From an uncultured Bacteroidota bacterium (GTDB lineage Bacteria > Bacteroidota > Bacteroidia > Bacteroidales > FEN-979), in the NCBI GenBank assembly GCA_937900965.1, contig CALCGJ010000220.1, positions 8,418 through 72,417 on the forward strand: a stretch of 64,000 nucleotides of DNA, read 5' to 3'. The position numbers and the translations under genes were made by a program. The notes under the pieces were generated by a model. That model was not told the origin of the DNA, did not search any database, and saw only the letters and a program-made list of their open reading frames with translations. Below are positions 26,822 through 36,016 of this stretch, piece after piece (the first letter of the stretch is position 1; every line of letters starts with the position of its first letter).

Positions 26822-27634
26822 CTATAACTCCTTCAGCAGATCCTTGATAATCGTTGTCATTTCTGGTTCAGCTCTGCTTGCCGCATCGATTACATCCTGA
26901 TGGGAGATTTCAACGATTTTTCCGGGAACTCCAAGGTCGGAAATAACTGAAACAGCAAAACAGCGCATCCCAATATGGCGGGCTGTAATCACTTCCGGAA
27001 CTGTTGACATTCCAACTGCATCTCCTCCAATCAGGTGTATGTATTTATACTCGGCCGGAGTTTCAAAAGTAGGCCCTGTTACGGCTGCATATGTGCCCTT
27101 TTGTAGCTTGATTTGATGCTGGTCTGCGATCCTGAACACCGATTCAATCAGGAATGGATCATATGCATTGCTCATGTCAGGGAAACGGGGCCCCATTTCT
27201 TTTTCATTTTGACCCAGAAGAGGATTATTTCCCATCAGGTTGATATGATCCTCAATGACCATCAGGTCGCCTATCTCAAAGTCCGGATTTAAGCCACCGC
27301 TGGCATTGGAAAGAATAAGTAGTGAAACCCCAAGGTATTTCATGATCCGAACCGGGAATGCAATCTCCTGCATGGTATATCCTTCGTAGTAATGAAAGCG
27401 ACCCTGCATTGCAACAACGGAATGACCCGACATGTTACCGAAAATGAGCTGGCCATGATGCCCCTCAACAGTTGACACTGGAAAGTTAGGGATGAATTCG
27501 TAAGGAATTGTATGTTCTATCTCTATTTCATTGACTAATCCTCCAAGCCCTGTTCCAAGAATGATTCCTATAGTAGGTTTTACAGACGTTTTTCCCGCTA
27601 AGTATTCAGTAGTTTCGTGTATTTTTTTCAACAT
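26822..27634 (-). CDS. Purine nucleoside phosphorylase (trimeric PNP family)
   Basis: It contains GIILGTGLG, GR.H.YEGY and …AVGMSTVPE. The start MLKKIHETTEYL at 27634 fits homologue N-termini, whereas the track start at 27724 runs deep into lpxK. Confidence 0.9.
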   Translation of the reverse strand: MLKKIHETTEYLAGKTSVKPTIGIILGTGLGGLVNEIEIEHTIPYEFIPNFPVSTVEGHHGQLIFGNMSGHSVVAMQGRFHYYEGYTMQEIAFPVRIMKYLGVSLLILSNASGGLNPDFEIGDLMVIEDHINLMGNNPLLGQNEKEMGPRFPDMSNAYDPFLIESVFRIADQHQIKLQKGTYAAVTGPTFETPAEYKYIHLIGGDAVGMSTVPEVITARHIGMRCFAVSVISDLGVPGKIVEISHQDVIDAASRAEPEMTTIIKDLLKEL

Positions 27635-28670
27635 AGTCCTGAATAGTTTGATCGAATTGCCCTCTTTCGTTACCGTGGAATTCAATCTTAATTGGAAGAT
27701 AGTACAACGGCAATCGTTTGACAAAATTATTGAGTTCCGGTGTTTTAATCCGCATGATGTCTTTTTCGGTTGTAAAGATTACCTTTTTCCGCGATGGAAT
27801 AGAATCAAATGTACTCTTAATCTTTCTCAGATCCTTAAGTGAATAGGGATAGTGGTCAGGAAATTTCATGACTTCCAGTTCACGACATCGCCTTCTGAGA
27901 TGCTCCCGGAGAGGATAATCATTGGCAATTCCTGAAAAAAGGAGGATCACCGAACTGGAATATGGAGAAACAGGGCTGGAAGTTGGGGTTACAATAACCG
28001 GGTCACAGTATTGAATATAGGAGAAGAAGATTTGCTGGGTATGCCGGGGTCTTAGCTCCTCAATGATCCGACGTCGCGTGATCGGAGAAAAAACTTTTGG
28101 CGTTTTTGTTACAACGATTATATCGGCTCTCTTTGCCCCACAGGAGAATTCCCTTAACGTTCCCGAAGGTAATACAAAATCATCGGTATACAATTTATGA
28201 AAATCGGTAAGCAATATTGATAATCCAGGTTTCACCTGCCTGTGTTGAAAGCCGTCATCAAGAAGAATCACGTCAAGTTTCCTGAATTTTTCCTGCAAAA
28301 TCTGAATACCCTGCACCCTGTCTTCATCAACGGCGACTTTAATGCCTTCGTATTTTTTCGCAAACTGCAACGGTTCATCGCCTACATATTTATATGCTGA
28401 CCTCTTGGAAGCAAGTATAAAGCCTTCACTTGACCGGCCGTATCCCCGGCTTAATGTGGCTAATAGAAACCGATCCCTGAGAAGCCGGATTAAATATTCA
28501 ATATGTGGTGTTTTTCCAGTCCCGCCAAAGGAAAGATTTCCAATTACAATAATGGGTGTATCAAATTTTTTGGAGGCCAGACATCCGCAGGTGAATAACC
28601 AATTACGGAACATCATAAATACTCCATATAGGAGGGAAATAGGGAAAAGAATAACCTGATAAAATCTCAT
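27606..28670 (-). CDS. lpxK: Tetraacyldisaccharide 4'-kinase
   Basis: 354 aa with the GNLSFGGTGKTP P-loop, SRGYGR and DDGFQH. Confidence 0.93.
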   Translation of the reverse strand: MRFYQVILFPISLLYGVFMMFRNWLFTCGCLASKKFDTPIIVIGNLSFGGTGKTPHIEYLIRLLRDRFLLATLSRGYGRSSEGFILASKRSAYKYVGDEPLQFAKKYEGIKVAVDEDRVQGIQILQEKFRKLDVILLDDGFQHRQVKPGLSILLTDFHKLYTDDFVLPSGTLREFSCGAKRADIIVVTKTPKVFSPITRRRIIEELRPRHTQQIFFSYIQYCDPVIVTPTSSPVSPYSSSVILLFSGIANDYPLREHLRRRCRELEVMKFPDHYPYSLKDLRKIKSTFDSIPSRKKVIFTTEKDIMRIKTPELNNFVKRLPLYYLPIKIEFHGNERGQFDQTIQDYVEKNTRNY

Positions 28671-28763
28671 TTTCGCTCGGGACGCGGCGAAAGTTACGAA
28701 GAAAAAAAATAGAATCCAACTACGTGTTAGGAAAAACCCCTAACATCCATGCAAAATAAACTC

Positions 28764-29162
28764 TCAACGTGCTTGTATCTGCTCCCGTTGGAGGAATTCA
28801 ATGTTCTTAACCAGGTCTTTTATTCCGTAATCAAGTTTACCTGTTTTCATGATATAGTCAGAGGCTCCTGAGTCTATAAGTTGCATGGCGAGTATTGGGT
28901 CATCAAAGGTTGAGAAGAAGACTACCTGGGTTGAAGGGCTTAGTTTTTTTACCATTCTCAGGTAGTCAAACCCGTTATGGTCAGCCAGGTCGAATTCGGT
29001 TATTACGAAATGTGGAGTTACATGCTTGCGAAGTCGATAAAGAGATTCCTCGGCTGAATGATAAAGTTGAACATTGGAAAACCTCTGAATTGTTAAATGA
29101 TACTTGAGAAGGCTACTGTGGATAGGGTTCTTGTCTACAATAAAAATAAGGACTGATTTCAT
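28764..29162 (-). CDS. Stand-alone response-regulator receiver domain protein
   Basis: 132 aa with a CheY-like layout: the acceptor Asp in TEFDL, plus S/T and K positions. The N-terminal acidic pair is D-K instead of D-D. Confidence 0.7.
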   Translation of the reverse strand: MKSVLIFIVDKNPIHSSLLKYHLTIQRFSNVQLYHSAEESLYRLRKHVTPHFVITEFDLADHNGFDYLRMVKKLSPSTQVVFFSTFDDPILAMQLIDSGASDYIMKTGKLDYGIKDLVKNIEFLQREQIQAR

Positions 29163-29279
29163 AAGCCAAAGGTTCTGTTTTTTTTAATGTAAGATGACAT
29201 CGCCCGATGTTTTTTATTAACAAGGTTTTGAACATTTTACTCTCAGTTTAGGTAAATTGGAATTATGGTGCCCTTTCAG

Positions 29280-29287
29280 TACCTTTG
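29280..29287 (+). promoter_or_regulatory. -7 promoter box TACCTTTG
   Basis: TAnnTTTG match 20 nt upstream of the ATG at 29307. Confidence 0.45.
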
Positions 29288-29306
29288 AGGCGATAAGTAA
29301 CCTGAG

Positions 29307-30401
29307 ATGAAACTGAAAGAAATTATTTCCGTATTCGAATCCTGGGCTCCTGCCTCATTTCAGGAGGAGTGGGATAATTCCGGCCTGATTCTGGGGGATC
29401 CAGTGATGGAAGTCACCGGAATCATGGTAAGTCTGGATACCACTTTTGAAGTACTTCAGGAAGCTCTGGAACACCAATGCAACCTAATTATTTCTCATCA
29501 TCCACTGATTTTCAAAGGCATACATAAAATTAACCCTACTCTGCCTGAATATCAGATAATCCAAACTGCTATAAAAAATGACGTCGCCATCCTGGCTCTT
29601 CATACAAACCTGGATAACCGGTATGATAGCCTGAATCATTTTCTTGGACGAAGAATGGGATTGGAGCAAATCAGGATTCTCCAGCCAAAAAGAGGATACC
29701 TGAAGAAGTTGGTTGCATTTTGTCCATCTGATCATGTTGAAAAAGTAATGGATTCACTTTTTGACTCAGGTGCCGGTCAAATTGGAAATTATGATCGTTG
29801 CAGTTTTAAGATAGCTGGACAGGGGAGTTTCAGGGCGTCGGGAGATGCAAATCCTTTTGTTGGTGAGAAAAATGTCATGCACCTTGAAGATGAGACCCGG
29901 ATAGAGGTTGTCTTTCCGGCACCAATTGAACAAAAATTAATCCGGGCTTTGCTTAGAAATCATCCATATGAAGAGGTGGCCTATGATATTTATTCACTGG
30001 ATAATCCTTATAATCAGGCTGGTGCAGGAATTTTTGGTCAACTTCCTGAACCAATGACTTCTGACCTCTTTCTTCACAAGGTTAAACAGGCCTTTGAATT
30101 GAATTATGTTCGTCACACAAAGCCCCAAAGCAAACCAGTATCAACTGTTGCCATTTGCAGCGGAGCGGGAGCCTTTCTTATTCGAAATGTAAATCAAATG
30201 AACATTGATGCCTATCTGACGGGAGATTTAAAATATCATGATTTTCAGGGGGTATCTGATAATCTCCTGCTTGCTGATATTGGACATTATGAAAGTGAAC
30301 AATTTGTTAAAGAGATGCTGAAAGAGTTACTAATTGAAAATTTTCCTAACTTTGCGGTCCTCATTTCTGAGCGTGAGACAAACCCTGTAAAATATTTTTA
30401 A
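29307..30401 (+). CDS. Nif3-like dinuclear metal centre protein
   Basis: 364 aa with WDNSGL, ISHHPLIF, ALHTNLD and a C-terminal GHY.SE. Confidence 0.9.
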   Translation: MKLKEIISVFESWAPASFQEEWDNSGLILGDPVMEVTGIMVSLDTTFEVLQEALEHQCNLIISHHPLIFKGIHKINPTLPEYQIIQTAIKNDVAILALHTNLDNRYDSLNHFLGRRMGLEQIRILQPKRGYLKKLVAFCPSDHVEKVMDSLFDSGAGQIGNYDRCSFKIAGQGSFRASGDANPFVGEKNVMHLEDETRIEVVFPAPIEQKLIRALLRNHPYEEVAYDIYSLDNPYNQAGAGIFGQLPEPMTSDLFLHKVKQAFELNYVRHTKPQSKPVSTVAICSGAGAFLIRNVNQMNIDAYLTGDLKYHDFQGVSDNLLLADIGHYESEQFVKEMLKELLIENFPNFAVLISERETNPVKYF

Positions 30402-30411
30402 GAGCTGAATT

Positions 30412-31335
30412 ATGGCTAAAAAGACAAGCATACCAGTAGCAACTTCTGAACCCTCGAAGCTGAAAAGGAAAGTTGCATCCAAACCAAAAAGTGCCTCAAA
30501 GAAGGAGGTCAAAAAGAAGGAGCCAAAAGAAGAAGAAGTTTTGAAGGAAACTCCTGCAACTGAAGGGAAACTGAAGAAAGAGCAGACCGATGAAAAATTG
30601 GAGTTCTCAAATGAACAAAAACTAGTCGCCCTGTATAATCTCCAACAGATTGATTCTCAAGTTGACAAAATCAGAATTATCAGGGGCGAGCTACCGCTTG
30701 AAGTGCAGGATTTAGAAGATGAGATTGCCGGACTTGAAACACGGGTTGATAATTATATCCAGGAGACTGTTATGATCGAGAAGTCTATGCTCGAGAAGAA
30801 AAATGCAATTAAAGAGAGTCAAACCCTGATAAAACGTTATGAAGAGCAGCAGATGAATGTACGGAACAACAGGGAGTACGACTCATTAACGAAAGAGATT
30901 GAATTCCAGAACCTGGAGATCCAACTTTCTGAAAAACGCATTAAGGAGTTTCAGGGTACCCATGAGATAAAAAAAGTGGAGATTGACCGGTTACAAAGTG
31001 TGCTTGAAGAGAGAAGAGGCGATCTTGACGTCAAAAAGAATGAGTTGGATGATATCATCACAGAGACAGAAAAGGAAGAGAATGAGCTGATATCAAGGTC
31101 AGAAAAAAATCAGAATTACATTGAAGAGCGTCTTCTGACAGCTTATTCAAGAATTCGTAAGAATGCCCGTAATGGACTTGCTGTTGTGCAGATTGAACGT
31201 GATGCTTGTGGAGGATGTTTTAATAAGATACCCCCTCAGCATCAATTGGATATTAGGATGCATAAAAAAATTATCGTTTGTGAATACTGTGGACGGATCC
31301 TTGTTGATGATGGGATTGTCAATTATGTAAAATAA
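30412..31335 (+). CDS. Coiled-coil C4 zinc-ribbon protein (COG1579-type) with a K-rich N-terminal extension
   Basis: It has a long coiled coil and then C.GC…CE.CGRIL. It follows nif3, which is the usual conserved pairing. Confidence 0.8.
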   Translation: MAKKTSIPVATSEPSKLKRKVASKPKSASKKEVKKKEPKEEEVLKETPATEGKLKKEQTDEKLEFSNEQKLVALYNLQQIDSQVDKIRIIRGELPLEVQDLEDEIAGLETRVDNYIQETVMIEKSMLEKKNAIKESQTLIKRYEEQQMNVRNNREYDSLTKEIEFQNLEIQLSEKRIKEFQGTHEIKKVEIDRLQSVLEERRGDLDVKKNELDDIITETEKEENELISRSEKNQNYIEERLLTAYSRIRKNARNGLAVVQIERDACGGCFNKIPPQHQLDIRMHKKIIVCEYCGRILVDDGIVNYVK

Positions 31336-32879
31336 TGTTCAGCAATAATGTGAAGACAAAAGCGCTGTACAGGAGCCGTTTTTTCCTGATCAGCGCTTTT
31401 GTTTTTATATCCGCATCTCTCTTTTCACAGTATGATTTCAATGATAGATGCCAGGATACGTATCGGGAAATTCTAAACTTTCGATTTGATGAGGCCAGCA
31501 ATCTCCTGCAGACGGAAAGCGAACAACATCCCGATAACCTGATCCCGGTCTGCCTGGAGAATTATATCGATTTTTTCACGCTTTTTACAGGAGAAGATAG
31601 AGTTGTGTTTGAGACTCTTAAAAGGAACAAATCAATCCGGATCAATCACCTTGAGAGCGGCGATAAAGACTCTCCCTACTATCGTTTCTGTTTAGCAGGA
31701 GTAAACCTGCAATGGGCATTTATCCGATTGAAGTTTGGCGAATATACAACTGCTGCTTTTGAAATCAGACGGGCGTACCTGCTTCTTAAAGAAAACAAGG
31801 AGCGTTTCCCTGACTTTCTGCCGAATGAAATTGGGTTGGGGATACTACATATCATTGTCGGCTTGATTCCTGACCAATACAAATGGTTGGCAAGCCTCGC
31901 CGGTTTGGAAGGAACTGTCACGGAAGGAGTCTTAGAGTTAAAGAATGTTCTGAATTATAGTGATGATAATCCGGTTTACTCCCTGTTTAAACCTGATGCA
32001 TGTTTCTATCTTGCATTCATCGACATCAACCTGGAGAATAATAGGGATGAATCCTTGTCTCTTATCCGAATGTTTGACCAGGATCCCATCCTGCAACATT
32101 ACAGCCAAAGTCCATTGATTATCTATGCGAAATCAAGCATTTTTATGAAAACCGGGAAGAACGATGAGGTCATAACACTATTAAGTAGCTATACTCCGCC
32201 ATCCGGCACACACCCATTTATTTTTCTTAATTATCTGGAAGGGCTGGCCAGGTTGAATAACCTGGATACATCAGCCATCACTTATCTGAACCGTTTCGTG
32301 AATGAGTTTACTGGCATAAACTACATCAAATCGTGCTATCAAAAACTCGCCTGGGCATACCTGTTGAAGGGGGATACAACGCGCTATTTTCAGGAAATTC
32401 AGAAAGCTGGAGCCATGGGAAACGCGATCGTGGATGAAGATAAGCAAGCCCATTCCGAGTATAATGTCGGGATAATACCAGCTATTCCATTGCTGAAATC
32501 ACGGTTGCTTTTTGATGGTGGATATTACTCGGAAGCCTTAAAAATGTTATTGAGCACTCCTCTTGACAGATATGTGCGCAGCAGAAAAGATCTCACAGAA
32601 TACACCTACCGTCTTGGACGGATCTATCATGCATCGGGAAACCTTCCGAAAGCTATCCAATACTATTCATCTACCATAACCAATGGAAGGAATCTGCCAC
32701 ATTATTTTGCTGCCAATGCCGCCTTAAATCTAGGCTGGATCTATGAGGGACAGGAGAACTATATTGCAGCAGATACCAACTATCGGCTTTGTGCATCGAT
32801 GAAATACGATGAATATGAAAACAGCCTTCGCCAAAAAGCGAAGGCTGGTCTAAGTAGGTTGAAGAAGATAGGTGACTAG
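31335..32879 (+). CDS. Hypothetical TPR-like protein with a signal anchor
   Basis: 514 aa, with a TAATG stop/start overlap with the upstream gene. It is helical-repeat rich, and the family is not firmly recognised. Confidence 0.6.
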   Translation: MFSNNVKTKALYRSRFFLISAFVFISASLFSQYDFNDRCQDTYREILNFRFDEASNLLQTESEQHPDNLIPVCLENYIDFFTLFTGEDRVVFETLKRNKSIRINHLESGDKDSPYYRFCLAGVNLQWAFIRLKFGEYTTAAFEIRRAYLLLKENKERFPDFLPNEIGLGILHIIVGLIPDQYKWLASLAGLEGTVTEGVLELKNVLNYSDDNPVYSLFKPDACFYLAFIDINLENNRDESLSLIRMFDQDPILQHYSQSPLIIYAKSSIFMKTGKNDEVITLLSSYTPPSGTHPFIFLNYLEGLARLNNLDTSAITYLNRFVNEFTGINYIKSCYQKLAWAYLLKGDTTRYFQEIQKAGAMGNAIVDEDKQAHSEYNVGIIPAIPLLKSRLLFDGGYYSEALKMLLSTPLDRYVRSRKDLTEYTYRLGRIYHASGNLPKAIQYYSSTITNGRNLPHYFAANAALNLGWIYEGQENYIAADTNYRLCASMKYDEYENSLRQKAKAGLSRLKKIGD

Positions 32880-34354
32880 AATTTGAAGCCAAATGTGGCT
32901 GTGGCAGAGTGACTAAGGATGGTCAGGTCGGCCGGGTTGACCAGGGTTGGGTCATACATGTAGTAATTCATTTTCGATTTGGACCATTGGTAAGCGAAAT
33001 CAGCAAAAAACCATTTGATATTAACACCAAACCCTCCGGATACCGTATACCTGGCGTCTACATTCCTGGAATACATATTCCCTTTACTGTCAGGAGATCC
33101 ATAGTAACCAAAACCACCCCGAAGCCTGAACATGTTTATCCTCCACTCTGTCCCAACCCTGATATTGAGAGGTGCCTTATAGTTAGCAGCGATTTCTGAA
33201 TTGACATCCTGGAATGAATCATCCCGGGCCCTGAACCTTGCCTGGTTATAGTTCACATATTCATAATCAGCGCTGATAAAACCATGTTTTCCAACAAAAA
33301 AGGCGATACTGCCAATTGCCCGGAACGGGGTCATTAATTGATAATCATAAGCTCCGGATGGTGAATACTGAACAGGGTAATTCAGGACACTGTCATAAAC
33401 AGCAGACATACTTGAAGCATAATAATCATACATACTGGGATAGAAGGTAGGGGTATGTATAGCCCCACCAATCCGGATCCAGTTAGCAGGGCGGTATATG
33501 AGACCAACTTTGAAATTAACCCCAGTTCCGTGTGTCTCATAATTATAGTCATACCGTAACGATTGAAAATAGGGGATAGAATCTCCTGTATCTATTTCCT
33601 GGTATATGCTTTGATAGAAGTATCGAACGCTGGGTATTCCTATGGTCAATCCGAAATATAATTTATCATTGATATTTCCTCCGATAGCTATATCAAATTC
33701 GTTGATCGATCCCCAGGTATTGACTGCTTTAGTCTGAAATACTCCTCCATTCGGCATATCGGTGAGGTATTTATTGTCAGTGCTGTCATAAAATATCAAT
33801 CCGCAATCGTAGGCAAGACCAATATCAAACGGATAGTTGTAGCGGACATCTCTGGGATTTAAAACAGGAGATGTGTTCAGGATGTCAGTAAAAGAGTTTA
33901 ACAGGGAACTGGTATGATTTGGGCCCTGAACGGAAACTGTGTTATTGAAGTTGTTCTGCCGGTTCATGCCAAAAGCTACGCTGATGGATCTGATTCCTCC
34001 TGATCTGTCCGGTTTCCCGGTATAGAAAGTATAGACATATCCAAAATTGGCCAAAGCAAAGTTTAGTTTATTATCAGTTGAATTATATCCGTTGTATTCA
34101 GAAGAGGTAAAGCTGCCGAAGAATGAAGGGGAGAATGTGATCTCGGCGCTGCGGTATAATCCGAGTCCGGCAGGATTGGTAGACAGGGTGGAAAAATCTG
34201 CACCAACTGCTCCGAAAGCACCCGCTGTTGCCATAAACCTGGAAGTTCCATTGTAAAAGATCCGTGAAAACCTAAGAGCATCCTGGGCTGTCTGGGCAGA
34301 AAGGTCAATCCAGGCTGCACTTAGAAAGATGGCGATGAATAGGATTTTTTTCAT
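32876..34354 (-). CDS. FadL/OmpP1-like outer-membrane transport protein
   Basis: 492 aa. After the signal peptide come …DALRFS….G.SRFMATAGAFGAVGADFSTLSTNPAGLG…, beta-strand periodicity and a C-terminal …TFGFKF. Confidence 0.75.
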   Translation of the reverse strand: MKKILFIAIFLSAAWIDLSAQTAQDALRFSRIFYNGTSRFMATAGAFGAVGADFSTLSTNPAGLGLYRSAEITFSPSFFGSFTSSEYNGYNSTDNKLNFALANFGYVYTFYTGKPDRSGGIRSISVAFGMNRQNNFNNTVSVQGPNHTSSLLNSFTDILNTSPVLNPRDVRYNYPFDIGLAYDCGLIFYDSTDNKYLTDMPNGGVFQTKAVNTWGSINEFDIAIGGNINDKLYFGLTIGIPSVRYFYQSIYQEIDTGDSIPYFQSLRYDYNYETHGTGVNFKVGLIYRPANWIRIGGAIHTPTFYPSMYDYYASSMSAVYDSVLNYPVQYSPSGAYDYQLMTPFRAIGSIAFFVGKHGFISADYEYVNYNQARFRARDDSFQDVNSEIAANYKAPLNIRVGTEWRINMFRLRGGFGYYGSPDSKGNMYSRNVDARYTVSGGFGVNIKWFFADFAYQWSKSKMNYYMYDPTLVNPADLTILSHSATATFGFKF

Positions 34355-34387
34355 TTATACAAGAGATTAAGAGTTAGTACAGAGTCT

Positions 34388-35893
34388 TTATTTACGTCTC
34401 CCGCCAGAGCTTCCACTACCAGAACTTCCTGATGACCTGGAAGGAGCAGAATAAGAGGGACTGCTCGATCTGGATGGGGAAGAAATGCTATTTGACCTTG
34501 AAGGCGAGGAGTTGGTTGACCGGGAGGGTGTTGAATAGCTATTCGACCGGGATGGAGTTGACCTGGATGGGGTATAATTCCTTGTTGGACTTTTGGTATT
34601 AATTTGTGTTCTTGTAGGGGCGGTATTTTGTCTGTTTGTGGCGGAAGGAGCGATACGTTGCGTTTGAGGCTGTGTAGTAGTTGGACGGGTATTAGACGGT
34701 TGCCCACTTCTGTTTTGCTGCTCAACAGAAGTTCTCGATGGTTGAGTCCTTGGACTGAGGTACTCCTGACTGGATTTGGGTTGACGGTATGTCGGTGAAG
34801 TGTAGCTTTGAGTTCTGCCCGTTGCAGGAGTTGACCTGGTTTGCTCCGGCTTGATATATTTAGGAGCAGGTTGCTGTTGACGAGTGTATTGAGCAGTGTT
34901 CCTGGTAGAGGTTGGTTGCGGTTCTTTGTCTGAACGGGTATATGTGTATTTCTGTTGGGTTGATGGTTGCTCCATGCGGGTTGAAGTAGTTTTCTCAACA
35001 GCTGGTAAGGGATTAGTTGTCCTTGAACTTACCTCATTATTGGTTACCGACCTTTCATTGGTTGATTGTGTTATCACCGTTCGTTCATTTGCACCCTGGG
35101 TAATAACCCTGTTATTCTGGGCAGAGGGAGTATTTGGCTGGACTACTGTCGTTCGGGAATTCAAATTATCACCTCCTGAGGAAGCAAGAGGTATCCGGCG
35201 ACCATAATAGGTGTTGTTGGAAGGATAATCATACCCGTTCCATCCATAAGGATTCCCGTAATATCCATCCCAGTAACCATTATTGTATCCATTCCAATAT
35301 CCGTATGAATAAGGACTGTAATAATAGGGATACCCCCAACCATAGTATGGATACCCCCAACCGTAGTATGGATACCCCCAACCGTAGTTCCAGTACCAGG
35401 GATCATATCCCCAGCCGAATCCAAATGACATGGACGGTCCGTAGCAACCTCCGTAACCACCTCCAAATCCTAATCCAAAACCTGCTCCAAAACCTGCTCC
35501 AACATATAGGTTAACATTGGGACTTGATGTGCCCTCCTGGTAGGTAGAGTCATAATTTGCAGGATCTGTATAGGTTTCATCATAATAGGGTACATCCTTT
35601 TCAGGATTATGAAACCGTTTGATCCTCGCCGAATAGGAGTAGTCGTTATAGTCATCTTCGAGTGTCGAGGATTTGGGAAGGGAGGAAGAAGAGCTATCGG
35701 GCTCTACGATCACCGGATCTGAATCAGAAGATTTGTTTGTGGTCTCTGACTGTTTCTTTTGTTTGTCCCTCTTTTTTTTCTTGGATGCTGTATAGTAAAC
35801 GTCATCACCGTAAACAGCATCTTTATTTTGTTGGGCGAAAGATCCTGATAGGATGAAGCCCAGGATGAAGATGATTAATGCTGCTTTTTTCAT
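34388..35893 (-). CDS. Secreted low-complexity protein: K-rich segment, G/Y/W/N repeat core, long S/T/P/R/Q tail
   Basis: 501 aa with a signal peptide MKKAALIIFILGFILSGSFAQ. It has GWGYPYY x3 (a 21-nt DNA repeat at about 35325-35392) and a C-terminal PSRS-type repeat region. It is the longest frame, it starts with a signal peptide, and it sits 34 nt upstream of the FadL-like gene. Confidence 0.65.
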   Translation of the reverse strand: MKKAALIIFILGFILSGSFAQQNKDAVYGDDVYYTASKKKKRDKQKKQSETTNKSSDSDPVIVEPDSSSSSLPKSSTLEDDYNDYSYSARIKRFHNPEKDVPYYDETYTDPANYDSTYQEGTSSPNVNLYVGAGFGAGFGLGFGGGYGGCYGPSMSFGFGWGYDPWYWNYGWGYPYYGWGYPYYGWGYPYYYSPYSYGYWNGYNNGYWDGYYGNPYGWNGYDYPSNNTYYGRRIPLASSGGDNLNSRTTVVQPNTPSAQNNRVITQGANERTVITQSTNERSVTNNEVSSRTTNPLPAVEKTTSTRMEQPSTQQKYTYTRSDKEPQPTSTRNTAQYTRQQQPAPKYIKPEQTRSTPATGRTQSYTSPTYRQPKSSQEYLSPRTQPSRTSVEQQNRSGQPSNTRPTTTQPQTQRIAPSATNRQNTAPTRTQINTKSPTRNYTPSRSTPSRSNSYSTPSRSTNSSPSRSNSISSPSRSSSPSYSAPSRSSGSSGSGSSGGRRK

Positions 35894-35954
35894 GATTGTA
35901 CCTCCTTTAGTTTTATGAGAACTGTTATATTCATTGGGGTCCTTGAATTTTTAT

Positions 35955-35962
35955 TACTTTTG
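35955..35962 (+). promoter_or_regulatory. -7 promoter box TACTTTTG for proS
   Basis: TAnnTTTG match 55 nt upstream of the ATG. Confidence 0.45.
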
Positions 35963-36016
35963 TGCGCAGGATTGCACATTCTCAAATACTAGCAAATATC
36001 ATACCATATTCAAAAA

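Noticed and set aside
29163-29306. A small hairpin ACATC-gccc-GATGT plus T6 on the + strand upstream of nif3, as an attenuator or sRNA terminator
   Set aside because: The stem is only 5-6 bp with a very small loop, and no upstream + strand transcript or ORF explains it. The evidence is too weak to call.
34351-34998. A 215-aa minus-strand ORF overlapping the 3' part of the low-complexity gene
   Set aside because: It is an alternative frame of the same repeat-rich DNA. It has no signal peptide or start context, and its composition (P/Q/L/H/N) is what an off-frame reading of S/T/P/R repeats gives. The 501-aa frame with a signal peptide is preferred.
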